From an uncultured Candidatus Saccharibacteria bacterium (lineage in GTDB: Bacteria > Patescibacteriota > Doudnabacteria > UBA920), in assembly GCA_964532425.1 (NCBI GenBank), contig CAZHIA010000009.1, positions 1-62,451 of the forward strand: a DNA stretch of 62,451 nucleotides, written 5' to 3'. Below the pieces are notes generated by a model, which was not told the DNA's origin, searched no databases, and worked only from the letters and a program-made list of their open reading frames with translations. A program made the position numbers and the translations under genes. Positions 25,366-34,799 of this stretch are shown here, piece by piece; positions within the stretch are counted from its first letter, which is position 1, and each line of letters starts with the position of its first letter.

Positions 25366-28041
25366 TTATTTCGCGTATGCCTTGGCCTGTTCCAGCTTCA
25401 CTGAGAGCAGCTTGCTAATGCCGTCATCTCCCATGGTAACGCCATAAAGGATATTGGCTTGGGCCATGGTCTCGCGATTGTGGGTAATGGTAATGAATTG
25501 CGTCTGATGGGCCAGCGTGCCGAGTATCTGCCCGAACCGAATGGTATTGGCATCATCCAAGGCCGCATCAACCTCATCAAGCACCACGAACGGCGAAGGG
25601 AAACAGGTCAGCAGGCTGCACAGCAAGGCAATGGAAGTCAAACTGCGCTCACCGCCACTTAAGGCCTGGATGTTCTGCAACTTCTTGCCCGGCGGCGTCG
25701 CTTTAATGTCGACTCCAATAATATTCGAGGCTCCCTTCTCGTATTTCTGTACGATCTTCTCTTCGGGGCGGAGCTGGTCCTGCGGTTCGGTGTCGGCACT
25801 TTCAACCTGTCCGGGCTCGCCCTGTGCCTGTTCCTGCTCTTCTTCCTGCGCATCGTCCGATTTGACCAGGCTTAGGTAGGCGCGTCCGCCATTGAATAGC
25901 AGGCGGAAATAATGCTCGAACCGGTCATTGATGCGGTGGAAGGCTTCGTTGAATTTCACCCGGATGTGCTCATCCAATTCATCCATAATAGTCCGCAAAT
26001 CCTGCATGCTCTTTTTTAAATCATTCACCTGCGAACTCAAGTTGGTGTAGCGCACCTCAGTTTCCTGGTATTCCTTCATGGTCAGCTCATCGATACCTCC
26101 AATCATATCAAGCTGATTCTTGAGCCTGGTAATTTTTTCCAGCAGCGCATCCATAGAGAGCTCTTCCTGCGACGGCTGCCCCTCTGCTGGCATTTCTTTC
26201 GGTTCGGCAGGGACCTGCTGCATATGGGCAAGTGACTCTTCTCCCAGTATCCGCCGGATCTCCTCTGTTAAAACCTCCATCTGCGTATCGTATTTGGCTT
26301 TTTCCACGCTTACCGCGGAAATCTCATCCTTGAGCTTGGACAGCTCATCTTGGGCTTTGCGGAAATTGCTTTCAATATCGTGCAGTTGCAATTGTTTCTG
26401 GCGCTCTGCCTCGTTCTGCGAACGGAACGACTGTTCCAATTCGTTAATCTGGGTAGCTAGCGCTTGCGCCTCACCCTTAATACGCGTCTCTTCTTTCAAT
26501 AAGCTTTCCAAAAACTCTTCTGTGGACTGGCTTTCCGCATGCTTCAGCTCAAGTTCAAGCTGCAATTTCTGCTGCTTCAAATCCGATTCCTGCTTTTCCA
26601 AAAACTCGACGTAGATGCGGGACTTGGAGAGACTCAATTCCATGGCTGACACGGCCTGGTTTACCTGCTCTCGCTCCTTGAGGAGCTCCTGGAGTTGCTG
26701 TTGGAATTGAACCTGGGCTTGCGGACCCTGGACCGAGCTGCGCACAGCCGCCTTCAGGCGTTCGAAGCCGGCTTTCAGGTTGTCGGCAATAGTCCGAATG
26801 ACCGAGAGCGGCTGTTCCTGTTCCAATTGCGCATAAAATTCCTGCAGCTTGCCTTCCATATGCGACAGTTCGTGTTCCAGTGCATTAAAATCTACGCTGG
26901 CCGGCTGCTGCATGCTGCTGTAGAGTTTGTTTAACTGGTCATTCAGGACAGTCAGCTTCTCCGCGTGCAGTTTGGCACTCGCTTCGCTCTTTTCAATATC
27001 ACCGGTCGTCAGCACGATTTTTTCCATGGTCTCTTCCAGCTTGCCCACTATTTCGTGCAATTGGATCTGCAACGTTTTCGCATCGCCCGCAGAGGTCTTT
27101 TCGCTCTGCATCTTGCCGCGAACCAGGCTCAAGTCCTCGAGCAGCTTGTTTTTCTGTGACTGCAGCGCGGCCATCTTGCTCTGAATCTCCCGGTATTCGC
27201 TGGCATGCTCGGAATTCTGCTGTTCTATGGATTCGGCCTGCTGGCGCAGGGAGAACATTTTCTGCTCCATGCCAAAGCGCTGCATGCCGAGTTCTTTGAG
27301 CCGGGCAACATAGGTATCAATGGAAGTTTTAAGGCTCCAATAATTCCTGCCGAAAAAATCTTTCTGATAACCTTTCAGCTCCTGTTCGATCTCGGCACGG
27401 GCTTCCATACGCTTAGCCTGTCGCCGGAGGGATTTAAGCCGGGGTTCTATTTCCGCAATCAGATCTTCGGCGCGCATAAGGTTCTGGGCGGTCTGTTCTA
27501 GGCGGCGCAGGGTGCGGTCACGCTTGATGTAGTAATTCTTCACGCCACTGGCTTCGTCCAGCAGGTTTTTCACCTCGGAAGGACCAGCCAGAATCATTTG
27601 GTCTATGGTTCCCTGTCCGATAACGGTATAGCGGGAAGTTCCAATATTGCTGCGCAGCACCAGGTCGACAATGTCGAGCAGGCGGACCTTGTTACCATTA
27701 ATCAGGTACTCGCTTTCCCCACTGCGATCAATGCGGCGGCCAATGGAAACTTCGGCTGCATCCACCGGAATGCGGTGGTCTCTGTTATCGAACGTAGCGG
27801 ACACCTCGGCAAAACCCAATCGCGCTTTTTTTTCGCTTCCCGCAAAAATCACATCCTGACTGCTCTTGCCGCGGATCATTTTCGTGCTCTGCTCACCCAA
27901 AACCCAGCGTAGGGAATCGGCGACATTGCTTTTGCCGCTGCCGTTCGGGCCCACGATGGCAATAATGCCCTGGGAAAATTCCATGGACACCTTGTTCGCG
28001 AACGATTTGAAACCGTGGATCTCTAACCGTTTTAAGTACAT
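25366..28041 (-). CDS. smc: chromosome segregation protein SMC (short form)
   Basis: Walker A GPNGSGKSN, long coiled coils, signature LSGGERSLT and Walker B VLDEVDAALD. Confidence 0.95.
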   Translation of the reverse strand: MYLKRLEIHGFKSFANKVSMEFSQGIIAIVGPNGSGKSNVADSLRWVLGEQSTKMIRGKSSQDVIFAGSEKKARLGFAEVSATFDNRDHRIPVDAAEVSIGRRIDRSGESEYLINGNKVRLLDIVDLVLRSNIGTSRYTVIGQGTIDQMILAGPSEVKNLLDEASGVKNYYIKRDRTLRRLEQTAQNLMRAEDLIAEIEPRLKSLRRQAKRMEARAEIEQELKGYQKDFFGRNYWSLKTSIDTYVARLKELGMQRFGMEQKMFSLRQQAESIEQQNSEHASEYREIQSKMAALQSQKNKLLEDLSLVRGKMQSEKTSAGDAKTLQIQLHEIVGKLEETMEKIVLTTGDIEKSEASAKLHAEKLTVLNDQLNKLYSSMQQPASVDFNALEHELSHMEGKLQEFYAQLEQEQPLSVIRTIADNLKAGFERLKAAVRSSVQGPQAQVQFQQQLQELLKEREQVNQAVSAMELSLSKSRIYVEFLEKQESDLKQQKLQLELELKHAESQSTEEFLESLLKEETRIKGEAQALATQINELEQSFRSQNEAERQKQLQLHDIESNFRKAQDELSKLKDEISAVSVEKAKYDTQMEVLTEEIRRILGEESLAHMQQVPAEPKEMPAEGQPSQEELSMDALLEKITRLKNQLDMIGGIDELTMKEYQETEVRYTNLSSQVNDLKKSMQDLRTIMDELDEHIRVKFNEAFHRINDRFEHYFRLLFNGGRAYLSLVKSDDAQEEEQEQAQGEPGQVESADTEPQDQLRPEEKIVQKYEKGASNIIGVDIKATPPGKKLQNIQALSGGERSLTSIALLCSLLTCFPSPFVVLDEVDAALDDANTIRFGQILGTLAHQTQFITITHNRETMAQANILYGVTMGDDGISKLLSVKLEQAKAYAK

Positions 28042-28086
28042 ACTACAAATCTACGAATGAATGCGAATCTACAAATACCTACAAAT
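28042..28086. repeat. left arm of the ~45-nt inverted repeat enclosing a GxxExxY gene
   Basis: actacaaatctacgaatgaatgcgaatctacaaatacctacaaat. The reverse complement of 28481-28524 matches it at both ends. Starts 1 nt after the smc ATG. Confidence 0.8.
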
Positions 28087-28092
28087 TATATT

Positions 28093-28482
28093 TTATAGGT
28101 TTTGATCTGAATTCAAAACTCTTCGTATTTTTAATGTTTTATCTCTAAAATTTACTATTATTCCCAGCTTCAGTTTTGTCTCGTGCAAATATCTCTTTAT
28201 CTAGGAAAAATCACAATCCATCAAAAAAGCTTTATCTTTCAGCTCGAGTATAATTTTATCCTCAATCACAAAATCGGCGATGTTTTTGGAGCTTCCAATT
28301 ACCAACTCTCTTCTGTATTTAATTCCGCACCCCTTTAACCGATGTTCAATATAATCTCCATATTGCTTCTCTTTTGCAAATCTGCCCAAGCTATTATGCG
28401 CTTCAAAAAGAATTCCGGTAAGAATGTAGCTCAAATCACCATAGAGCAATTTTGATTGTCCACTAACCTTGCCGTCGGGCAT
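28093..28482 (-). pseudogene. GxxExxY / PD-(D/E)XK-like family gene, frameshifted
   Basis: The 93-aa ORF (LGRFAKEKQY, DFVIEDKIILELK) stops at 28201. The family C-terminus IKRYLHETKLKLGIIVNFRDKTLKIRRV continues in another frame down to the stop at 28093-28095. Confidence 0.7.
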
Positions 28483-28524
28483 TTGTAGGTATTAGTAGAT
28501 TTGTTTAATCCGTAGATTTGTAGT
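28481..28524. repeat. right arm of the inverted repeat enclosing the GxxExxY gene
   Basis: atttgtaggtattagtagatttgtttaatccgtagatttgtagt. Overlaps the GxxExxY start codon. Confidence 0.8.
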
Positions 28525-28551
28525 TTTGTCTCGTTTGTAGACTGAAAATGA

Positions 28552-29244
28552 TCAGAAGTTATTCTGCTTTAATGCATTCTCTGCTGCCGAGATTTCCGCT
28601 TCCTGCTTGGAAGGCCCTTGGCCACGACCAACCTCGGTGCTTCCGACATATGCCGCCACGACGAATATCTTGTTATGGTCAGGTCCGCTTTCGGTTACCA
28701 CGCCATAGGTCGGCGTGACACCTTTCTTTTCCTGCACGAGCTCTTGTAGCTTGGATTTTGGATCCAGATACTTTCCGCCGTTGATAATTGCCGGCAGTTC
28801 GACCAGCACTTCCCGTTCGATGAATTCCGCAGTCTTGTCATATCCCTGGTCCAAGTACATGGCACCAATGACCGCCTCTATACAGTTGGCCAAAATAACC
28901 TGGCGAGCGCGGCCAGTATCTTTCGCCTCGCCCTTGCTCATGAGCAAAAATTTCTCAAAGCCAAGCCGCTTGGCAATCTCTGAGAGCATTTTATAGTTGA
29001 CGAGGGCGCTGCGAAAATTTGTCAGTTCGCCTTCCGGGTGATTGTAGTGCTTATACAGGTATTCAGTGGCTACCAATTCCAGTACGGCATCCCCCAGAAA
29101 CTCAAGGCGCTCGTTATGAGGCAATTCAAAAGACCGGTTCTCATTCAAGTAGGACCGGTGGGTGAAAGCGGAAAGGTATAATGATTCGTCTTTAACCGGA
29201 ATACCAAGGATGGCTTCCAGCTCTTTAGTAGCAATAGTAGGCAC
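28552..29244 (-). CDS. rnc: ribonuclease III
   Basis: NERLEFLGDAVLELV signature and a C-terminal dsRBD (GPDHNKIF..GQGPSKQEAEISAA). Apparent GTG start. Confidence 0.95.
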   Translation of the reverse strand: MPTIATKELEAILGIPVKDESLYLSAFTHRSYLNENRSFELPHNERLEFLGDAVLELVATEYLYKHYNHPEGELTNFRSALVNYKMLSEIAKRLGFEKFLLMSKGEAKDTGRARQVILANCIEAVIGAMYLDQGYDKTAEFIEREVLVELPAIINGGKYLDPKSKLQELVQEKKGVTPTYGVVTESGPDHNKIFVVAAYVGSTEVGRGQGPSKQEAEISAAENALKQNNF

Positions 29245-29249
29245 TCGCG

Positions 29250-29368
29250 TTTAGAAATTCCAATCCTAATTTCTAACGATTTCTAAACAATTCCCAAATC
29301 CCAAAATTCAAAGCTTCAAATGTCTAGGATTTAGGGTTTAGTCCGCCGACTGGCGGATTAGGATTTTT
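29250..29368. repeat. word-repeat inverted repeat, family aattccaaat / ctaaat
   Basis: tttagaaattccaatcctaatttctaacgatttctaaacaattcccaaatcccaaaattc .. tctaggatttagggtttagtccgcc gac tggcggattaggattttt. Confidence 0.65.
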
Positions 29369-29534
29369 AATGATTATATTGAACTATTGAGCTATTCGCG
29401 CCCTGTACCAGTCGTCGTCTGACTCCTCCGGTGCAGGGCATATGCCACTCGCGCAACCACACATGCTGTTACTTTAACAGACATTACATTTCATTTGTGG
29501 CTGCGCCATATACCCGAGCGGAGCGAGTGGTATA

Positions 29535-29610
29535 TGGTGGGCGGTACAGGGATCGAACCTGTTACCTTCTCTACGTCAAAGAGACGCTCTACCAACTGAG
29601 CTAACCGCCC
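29535..29610 (-). tRNA. tRNA-Val (anticodon GAC), CCA encoded
   Basis: The reverse complement folds as a cloverleaf: GGGCGGT acceptor, GCTC/GAGC D stem, TCTCT-TTGACGT-AGAGA anticodon arm, ACAGG-TTCGATC-CCTGT T arm, then ACCGCCC-A-CCA. Confidence 0.9.
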
Positions 29611-29646
29611 ATATTTATTATGCTTCCAAATTGTGTATGTGCACCT

Positions 29647-30570
29647 TTACGAAACCGGCTGCACTACCGGCATGCGGACCTTTTCTTTTTCAACATCAAT
29701 CGGAGTGACGAGCTGCTTAAAGAACAGGACCAATGCGGTATTAAAGAACGTGTTCAACCCGGCCAAAAACACCCATAAAACCAGGCCTGTGATGACCCGG
29801 ACTATCACTATTATAGCTGAAATTTGAAAATTGCCAACCCCCACCCCGGCAAATGCGTTCACGAGCAATAAATTCACTACAGATATGAGGGAAAATGCCG
29901 CAATAAAACTCACCGCATAAATTCCGGAAAGGATGGAAAATACGCCGACGATCTGGATCCAGCGGGAGGCAAAGAAGTCCGTCCCTTGGTTGAGAGCTTT
30001 ACCGAGCGGTTGCCGGTATAAAATGATGAAATAGGTGGTAAAGATATTAATGCAGGAAATGGTAAAAGCCAGCGGCATAAACAGCAAAATGCTCAAGGTC
30101 CATATCAAACCCTGAACCGGCAAACCGTGGAACCACACCAGCGGCGGGATCAGCAAGCCGGCACCAGCCACCACCATAAGGCTTGAAGTTAATAAACTCA
30201 TTTTTACGACCGGGAGCATGCTGGTCAGACTCTGTCTAACCTGCCGCGGCACCAAGGGATGCAAATTCTGGACGACCGAGTCAACAGACAGCACCAACAT
30301 GACACGGCACCAGTTGGTAACGAACAGCCCCACAACGGAAACAGCCAGCAATCCAAGACTGAAAAGCGCCAGCCGGCCCGGATGATTGACCAAATAATCT
30401 ACAAAACCCCACAGCTGGAATCCGACATATGGGCCCCCAAAATCATATTGATCCGGCCTAAGATAACCTAAATTGAACCCGCCGATAACAAACAAACCGA
30501 ATACCCACAGCACTTTATAGCGCATGGTTATTCGGTAAGCTGACTTGATTATATCGGCGTAGGAAACCAT
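29647..30570 (-). CDS. hypothetical polytopic membrane protein
   Basis: 307-aa ORF with about 7 hydrophobic helices. No family recognised with confidence. Confidence 0.65.
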   Translation of the reverse strand: MVSYADIIKSAYRITMRYKVLWVFGLFVIGGFNLGYLRPDQYDFGGPYVGFQLWGFVDYLVNHPGRLALFSLGLLAVSVVGLFVTNWCRVMLVLSVDSVVQNLHPLVPRQVRQSLTSMLPVVKMSLLTSSLMVVAGAGLLIPPLVWFHGLPVQGLIWTLSILLFMPLAFTISCINIFTTYFIILYRQPLGKALNQGTDFFASRWIQIVGVFSILSGIYAVSFIAAFSLISVVNLLLVNAFAGVGVGNFQISAIIVIVRVITGLVLWVFLAGLNTFFNTALVLFFKQLVTPIDVEKEKVRMPVVQPVS

Positions 30571-30572
30571 TG

Positions 30573-30687
30573 AAAAATTCCTAATTCCTAATTTCTAAAT
30601 CCCAAACAAAATTCCCAATACCTCAATTCCCAAATTGATTAATGGATCTTTATTGGAAATTAGATATTGGGAATTGGAAATTATTTT
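30573..30687. repeat. word-repeat inverted repeat, family aattccaaat
   Basis: aaaaattcctaattcctaatttctaaatcccaaacaaaattcccaatacctcaattcccaaatt .. ttggaaattagatattgggaattggaaattatttttt. Spans exactly from the ftsH stop to the start of the 30570 gene. Confidence 0.75.
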
Positions 30688-32586
30688 TTATGCTGTCACC
30701 GGCTCGGCTGGCGGCATTTCGGTGGCTGGGATCTCACCTTGGAACTCAGGAGCCCGCTTCTTTTCTGCTGGAATAATGTCTTTGACAATCTCGTCGAATT
30801 GTTCCTGTTCAAGAGTCTCTTCCTTTACCAAGCGCGTGGCGATGATATCCAGATACGAGCGGTATTTATTCAAGGCTTCGGTCGCCCGATCAAAACCTTC
30901 GCGCATCAAGCGTGAGACTTCATCGTCGATCTTCTTAGCAACTTCTTCGCTATAGTTGCGCTGTTCGCTGATTTCGCGGCCCAGGAAGACCATTTCATGA
31001 TGATCTCCCAATGAGATCGGCCCTAATTCTTCGCTCATGCCGTAGTTAGTCACCAGGCGGCGGGCCATATTGGTCGCAACCTTCAAATCATTGGAAGCGC
31101 CGGTAGTCAATTCTTTAAAGACCAGTTTTTCCGCTGCATAACCGCCGAGGAGCGCGGCAATTTCATCGAGGAAGCTCTGGCGGGTGTGCAGGTGTTTGTC
31201 TTCAACCGGCAGCTTCATGGTATAACCGGCTGCACGGCCGCGGGAGATGACCGAGACTTTGTGCACCGGGTCGGAGTACGGCAACACCGTGCCGACCAGA
31301 GCATGGCCGCCTTCGTGGTAAGCAGTGACTTCCTTTTCCTTCGGCGTCAAAATATGGCTCTTGCGTTGGGGTCCCAGCATGACCTTTTCAATGGATTCGC
31401 GCAATTCTTCATTGCCAATTTCGCGCTTATTGTTGCGGGCGGTCAAGATGGCAGCCTCGTTGATGAGGTTTGCCAAATCAGCTCCGGAAAAGCCCGGGGT
31501 ACGTTCCGCGATCTTGCGCATGTTGACTTCTTTGGCCAATGGTTTGTTCTTGGCATGGACTTTCAAAATTTCTTCCCGGTCTTTAATATCGGGTAAGTCC
31601 AGCACGACCTGACGGTCAAAACGTCCCGGGCGAAGCAAGGCGGGATCAAGTACATCCGGGCGGTTAGTTGCAGCCATGACAATCACATTCGTATCGGTCT
31701 CGAAACCGTCCATCTCCACCAGAATCTGGTTCAAAGTCTGTTCTCGTTCATCATGCCCACCGCCTAGACCTGCTCCGCGCTGGCGGCCGACCGCATCAAT
31801 TTCATCAATGAATACAATGCACGGGGCATTGCGCTTGGCCTTTTTGAACAGGTCGCGGACGCGGGCCGCACCCACACCAACAAACATTTCGACGAATTCG
31901 GAACCCGAGATATGGAAGAACGGTACATTCGCTTCACCAGCTACGGCACGGGACAACAAAGTCTTACCTACGCCCGGACTGCCGAGCAGTAAAACGCCTT
32001 TGGGAATCTTAGCGCCAAGCTGCAGGAATTTTTGCGGATAACGGAGGAACTCGACAATCTCTTTCAGTTCTTCTTTGGCTTCTTTGGCGCCGGCCACGTC
32101 GGCAAAGCGCACGCGATTGCGGCGCTCATCGGATAATTTAACCGAGCTCTGACCAAAGGACAAAGCCCTGTTGTTCGTCCCCTGCACCTGGCGCATGAGG
32201 AAGTAGATGAAAAACGCGATCAGGACAAACGGAATAAGTATCGGCCAAATGGCGCTCAGTAACATAGAGGCAAGGCCGCCGGACTTATTCTCGATGCGGA
32301 GTGCGCGGATCTTGTCGGATGAGATACCGCTATCCTTCAGTACCTGCGTGATATTCTCATTATTCCCCAGCTGCGCCTGCTGCTTGGTGCTATCACCTTT
32401 AATATCAGCCACTACCGTATTTCCGGATATGGTCACGCTATTGACCTTGCCCTGGTCAACCAGGTTGACAATGTCCGAGATGGCCACGTCTTTGACCTTG
32501 GTGTTGTCAGAGAAGGCATAAAATAATCCGGTGATCAAAAGGAACCCGAGAAGTATATAGATGATGTTCTTTACGATTTTACCCAT
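30688..32586 (-). CDS. ftsH: ATP-dependent zinc metalloprotease FtsH
   Basis: Walker [11 protein letters not shown], Walker [13 protein letters not shown] region and zinc motif HEGGHAL. Confidence 0.97.
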   Translation of the reverse strand: MGKIVKNIIYILLGFLLITGLFYAFSDNTKVKDVAISDIVNLVDQGKVNSVTISGNTVVADIKGDSTKQQAQLGNNENITQVLKDSGISSDKIRALRIENKSGGLASMLLSAIWPILIPFVLIAFFIYFLMRQVQGTNNRALSFGQSSVKLSDERRNRVRFADVAGAKEAKEELKEIVEFLRYPQKFLQLGAKIPKGVLLLGSPGVGKTLLSRAVAGEANVPFFHISGSEFVEMFVGVGAARVRDLFKKAKRNAPCIVFIDEIDAVGRQRGAGLGGGHDEREQTLNQILVEMDGFETDTNVIVMAATNRPDVLDPALLRPGRFDRQVVLDLPDIKDREEILKVHAKNKPLAKEVNMRKIAERTPGFSGADLANLINEAAILTARNNKREIGNEELRESIEKVMLGPQRKSHILTPKEKEVTAYHEGGHALVGTVLPYSDPVHKVSVISRGRAAGYTMKLPVEDKHLHTRQSFLDEIAALLGGYAAEKLVFKELTTGASNDLKVATNMARRLVTNYGMSEELGPISLGDHHEMVFLGREISEQRNYSEEVAKKIDDEVSRLMREGFDRATEALNKYRSYLDIIATRLVKEETLEQEQFDEIVKDIIPAEKKRAPEFQGEIPATEMPPAEPVTA

Positions 32587-32612
32587 AGCTATAGTTTAAT
32601 AACCATTTAACA

Positions 32613-32641
32613 ATTATATAGGAATAGTGACGCGGTTTCAA
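32613..32641 (-). promoter_or_regulatory. sigma70-type promoter for ftsH
   Basis: Minus strand reads TTGAAA (rc of 32636-32641), 17 nt, TATAAT (rc of 32613-32618). The leader is about 20 nt with no SD. Confidence 0.6.
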
Positions 32642-32867
32642 TCCCGTGCTTAGTTATCCGGCCACCGTCATGAACTCTTCTTAATTATTGACGAAACAAT
32701 GTGCCTTGACTAGCAATGAGAAGATGACTCATTGCGAGAAAAACGTTTTAAGGTGCTCATACTGAGCACTCCGACAGAGCACTTCTTTGCTGCCACTAAG
32801 CGGAAACACTCGTTTATATACGCACAAGGAAGAAGAATGCTTGTGCTGTACAATCCTTAGCGAAAAG

Positions 32868-32954
32868 TGGTGGGGACGGAGGGACTTGAACCCTCAATCT
32901 CTTGCGAGAACCAGCTCCTAAGGCTGGCGCGTATGCCAATTCCGCCACATCCCC
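32868..32954 (-). tRNA. tRNA-Leu (anticodon TAG), long variable arm, CCA encoded
   Basis: Reverse complement is GGGGATG..CCAGC-CTTAGGA-GCTGG..GAGGGTTCAAGTCCCTC..CCCCACCA. Confidence 0.9.
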
Positions 32955-33048
32955 AAATAGGTAACACCCTACGCTTCGTTTGCTAAATTTCCGCCTAAAC
33001 AGCCATATTTAATAAGAACCTTTCATTATTATACCAACTAAGCTATCT

Positions 33049-33077
33049 CTTGACAAGTAGGCCATTTTTTGCTATAA
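33049..33077 (+). promoter_or_regulatory. perfect consensus sigma70 promoter for the GC-rich operon
   Basis: TTGACA (33049-33054), 17 nt, TATAAT (33072-33077). Confidence 0.75.
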
Positions 33078-33085
33078 TATAGGGT

Positions 33086-33219
33086 ATTTTGGCTGGAAAA
33101 TTGCTTGAAAACCTAAGGATTCTGTAGTGCAGGGCCGTGGCCTGCCTATCATGGTCGTAGGGGCGGGTCGCGACCCGCCCCTACACATGAGCAAATCTTT
33201 AAGCAATTTTCTCGCCAAA
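33086..33219. repeat. nested inverted repeat in the 5' leader, containing a 28-nt perfect GC palindrome
   Basis: The outer arms ttttggctggaaaattgcttgaaaa (33086-33110) and tctttaagcaattttctcgccaaaa (33195-33219) are 21/25 complementary. Inner elements are gcagg..cctgc (33128-33144) and gtaggggcgggtcgcgacccgcccctac (33156-33183). Confidence 0.8.
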
Positions 33220-33301
33220 AGCTTACAAAAGCTTTGGCGGGCCAGACCTGATGAAGGCTGGATGGATAGCTCTTTTCAGCCCTAAAGGAGGGCAACAATT
33301 T

Positions 33302-34798
33302 ATGGCAAGCGATCAGAACACCCCGAGCGGTGAGGTTTTTGTTTTTCCAACCTTTCCGAAGGATCCCAAAACAGGTGAAAAACTTGGCAACCCCGCGAAC
33401 TTCAAGTTCAAGATTTTCTTGAGCGATGCCGAACTAAACGGCCGGCCATTGGCTGGAAAAGTTACGATCGGGGTGCGCAGCAGCGCATCACCTGACAAGA
33501 ACTCGTACGAACTGCTCCCCGTCGGGCTGCCAGCAGCCCCTGACCCCAATCAGCCGCACGTCATTGACGTGCCAAGCAGCGGGGTTTCAGAGGAAATCTG
33601 GCTTGATTTGAGCGACTGGTATGCTCTCGATCCCCCGTGCAACCAGCTTGTATTTGTGATGGACGGGAAGATCAAAAAGTTTGCCTGGTTTCCGGGAATC
33701 GATACACGGAATGAGCCGAAGTCACCGCGAACGCGGCAACAACAGACTCCGCCCGTTCAAACCTCGGCACCCGCTGCACCGGCACAACCGCCAGCGGCAA
33801 ATCCAGCTCCGCCAGTTAACCCGAATCCACAGGCTCCACCTCGTCCTGCCGGGGGACAACCTCCTCCGCAGATCAATCCGCCGCAACCGGCGCCGCCTCC
33901 GCAGCCCCCTCTCCCGCAGAACGCGGGAACAACCGGGCAGCAGACGCCCCGCCCGCGGCCAACCCAACCGGCTCAACCGGCACAGCCGGCAAGCGATGAT
34001 GACCAAAATCAGAATCGCCGCAACCCCGGCCAGCCCCAGCGCGACAACACGCAGGGCAACAACCGGCGCGGACAGCAACAATCGGATGACGGCGAAGATG
34101 ACGAGTTCGATGACGTCAAAATCGAGCTGACAGGTCTTACCGCCGTGGAAAAGAAAAAGGACGGTAAGCTTACCGGTTACGATGTGACTGCCACGGTCGC
34201 CACGACCCGCAAGTCCGGCAAGAAAGGCGGCAACCGCAGTATTGCGGCACAAGTGCCTTTCACCTTCTTTGTCGATGGCAAGGAAGAGCAGGGACTCAAA
34301 CTCCGCACTGACCGTACCGGCAGACAATCCCATACTTTTGAGGATGTCCCTCCGGGCGGACGCAGCAAGAGCGGCAAGTTCAAAGTCGAAGCGGTCATCA
34401 AAGGCCGCGCCACTGGCGATGATGACACCATCAACGTCCCGGCTCCGCCGGCGGAAGATAAGAAGAAGGACGAGAAGAAGCTTCCGGCGCTGCAGGTCGT
34501 TCAACCGAACTATCCCAACAGTCGCGGTGGGTTCCCGATCACGGTCAAGACCCACAAGGACAATAAGCCCGCTCAGAGCAAGTTTACGATTGCGGCCTCC
34601 GAAGAGATCGAGCTCAGAGAGGTCAGCAGCGGAACCGTACACAAAGGCTTCACCTTTGATCTGGAGACGAGCGACAGCGGCTGTGCTGCGTACATCTTGA
34701 GTTTTGATCCGGTGCAGGTGTCGATTACGTTTTTGACACCGGCCGGATTCACCACGGACGAACTGTTCTGCAAGCCGAACACCGGCAGGAGATTCTAA
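33302..34798 (+). CDS. hypothetical protein with a ~125-aa Pro/Gln-rich linker (gene 1 of the GC-rich operon)
   Basis: aaaggaggg SD 9 nt upstream of ATG 33302. N-terminal domain, PQ-rich aa ~138-262, acidic patch, then a beta-rich C-terminal half. No signal peptide and no family recognised. Confidence 0.7.
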   Translation: MASDQNTPSGEVFVFPTFPKDPKTGEKLGNPANFKFKIFLSDAELNGRPLAGKVTIGVRSSASPDKNSYELLPVGLPAAPDPNQPHVIDVPSSGVSEEIWLDLSDWYALDPPCNQLVFVMDGKIKKFAWFPGIDTRNEPKSPRTRQQQTPPVQTSAPAAPAQPPAANPAPPVNPNPQAPPRPAGGQPPPQINPPQPAPPPQPPLPQNAGTTGQQTPRPRPTQPAQPAQPASDDDQNQNRRNPGQPQRDNTQGNNRRGQQQSDDGEDDEFDDVKIELTGLTAVEKKKDGKLTGYDVTATVATTRKSGKKGGNRSIAAQVPFTFFVDGKEEQGLKLRTDRTGRQSHTFEDVPPGGRSKSGKFKVEAVIKGRATGDDDTINVPAPPAEDKKKDEKKLPALQVVQPNYPNSRGGFPITVKTHKDNKPAQSKFTIAASEEIELREVSSGTVHKGFTFDLETSDSGCAAYILSFDPVQVSITFLTPAGFTTDELFCKPNTGRRF

Positions 34799-34799
34799 A

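Noticed and set aside
32587-33301. tRNA-Leu as the integration site for the GC-rich operon (a genomic island).
   Set aside because: The tRNA 3' end points away from the operon, toward ftsH. No integrase is present, and I found no direct repeat of the tRNA 3' end downstream of 37390. Foreign origin remains possible, but not via this tRNA.
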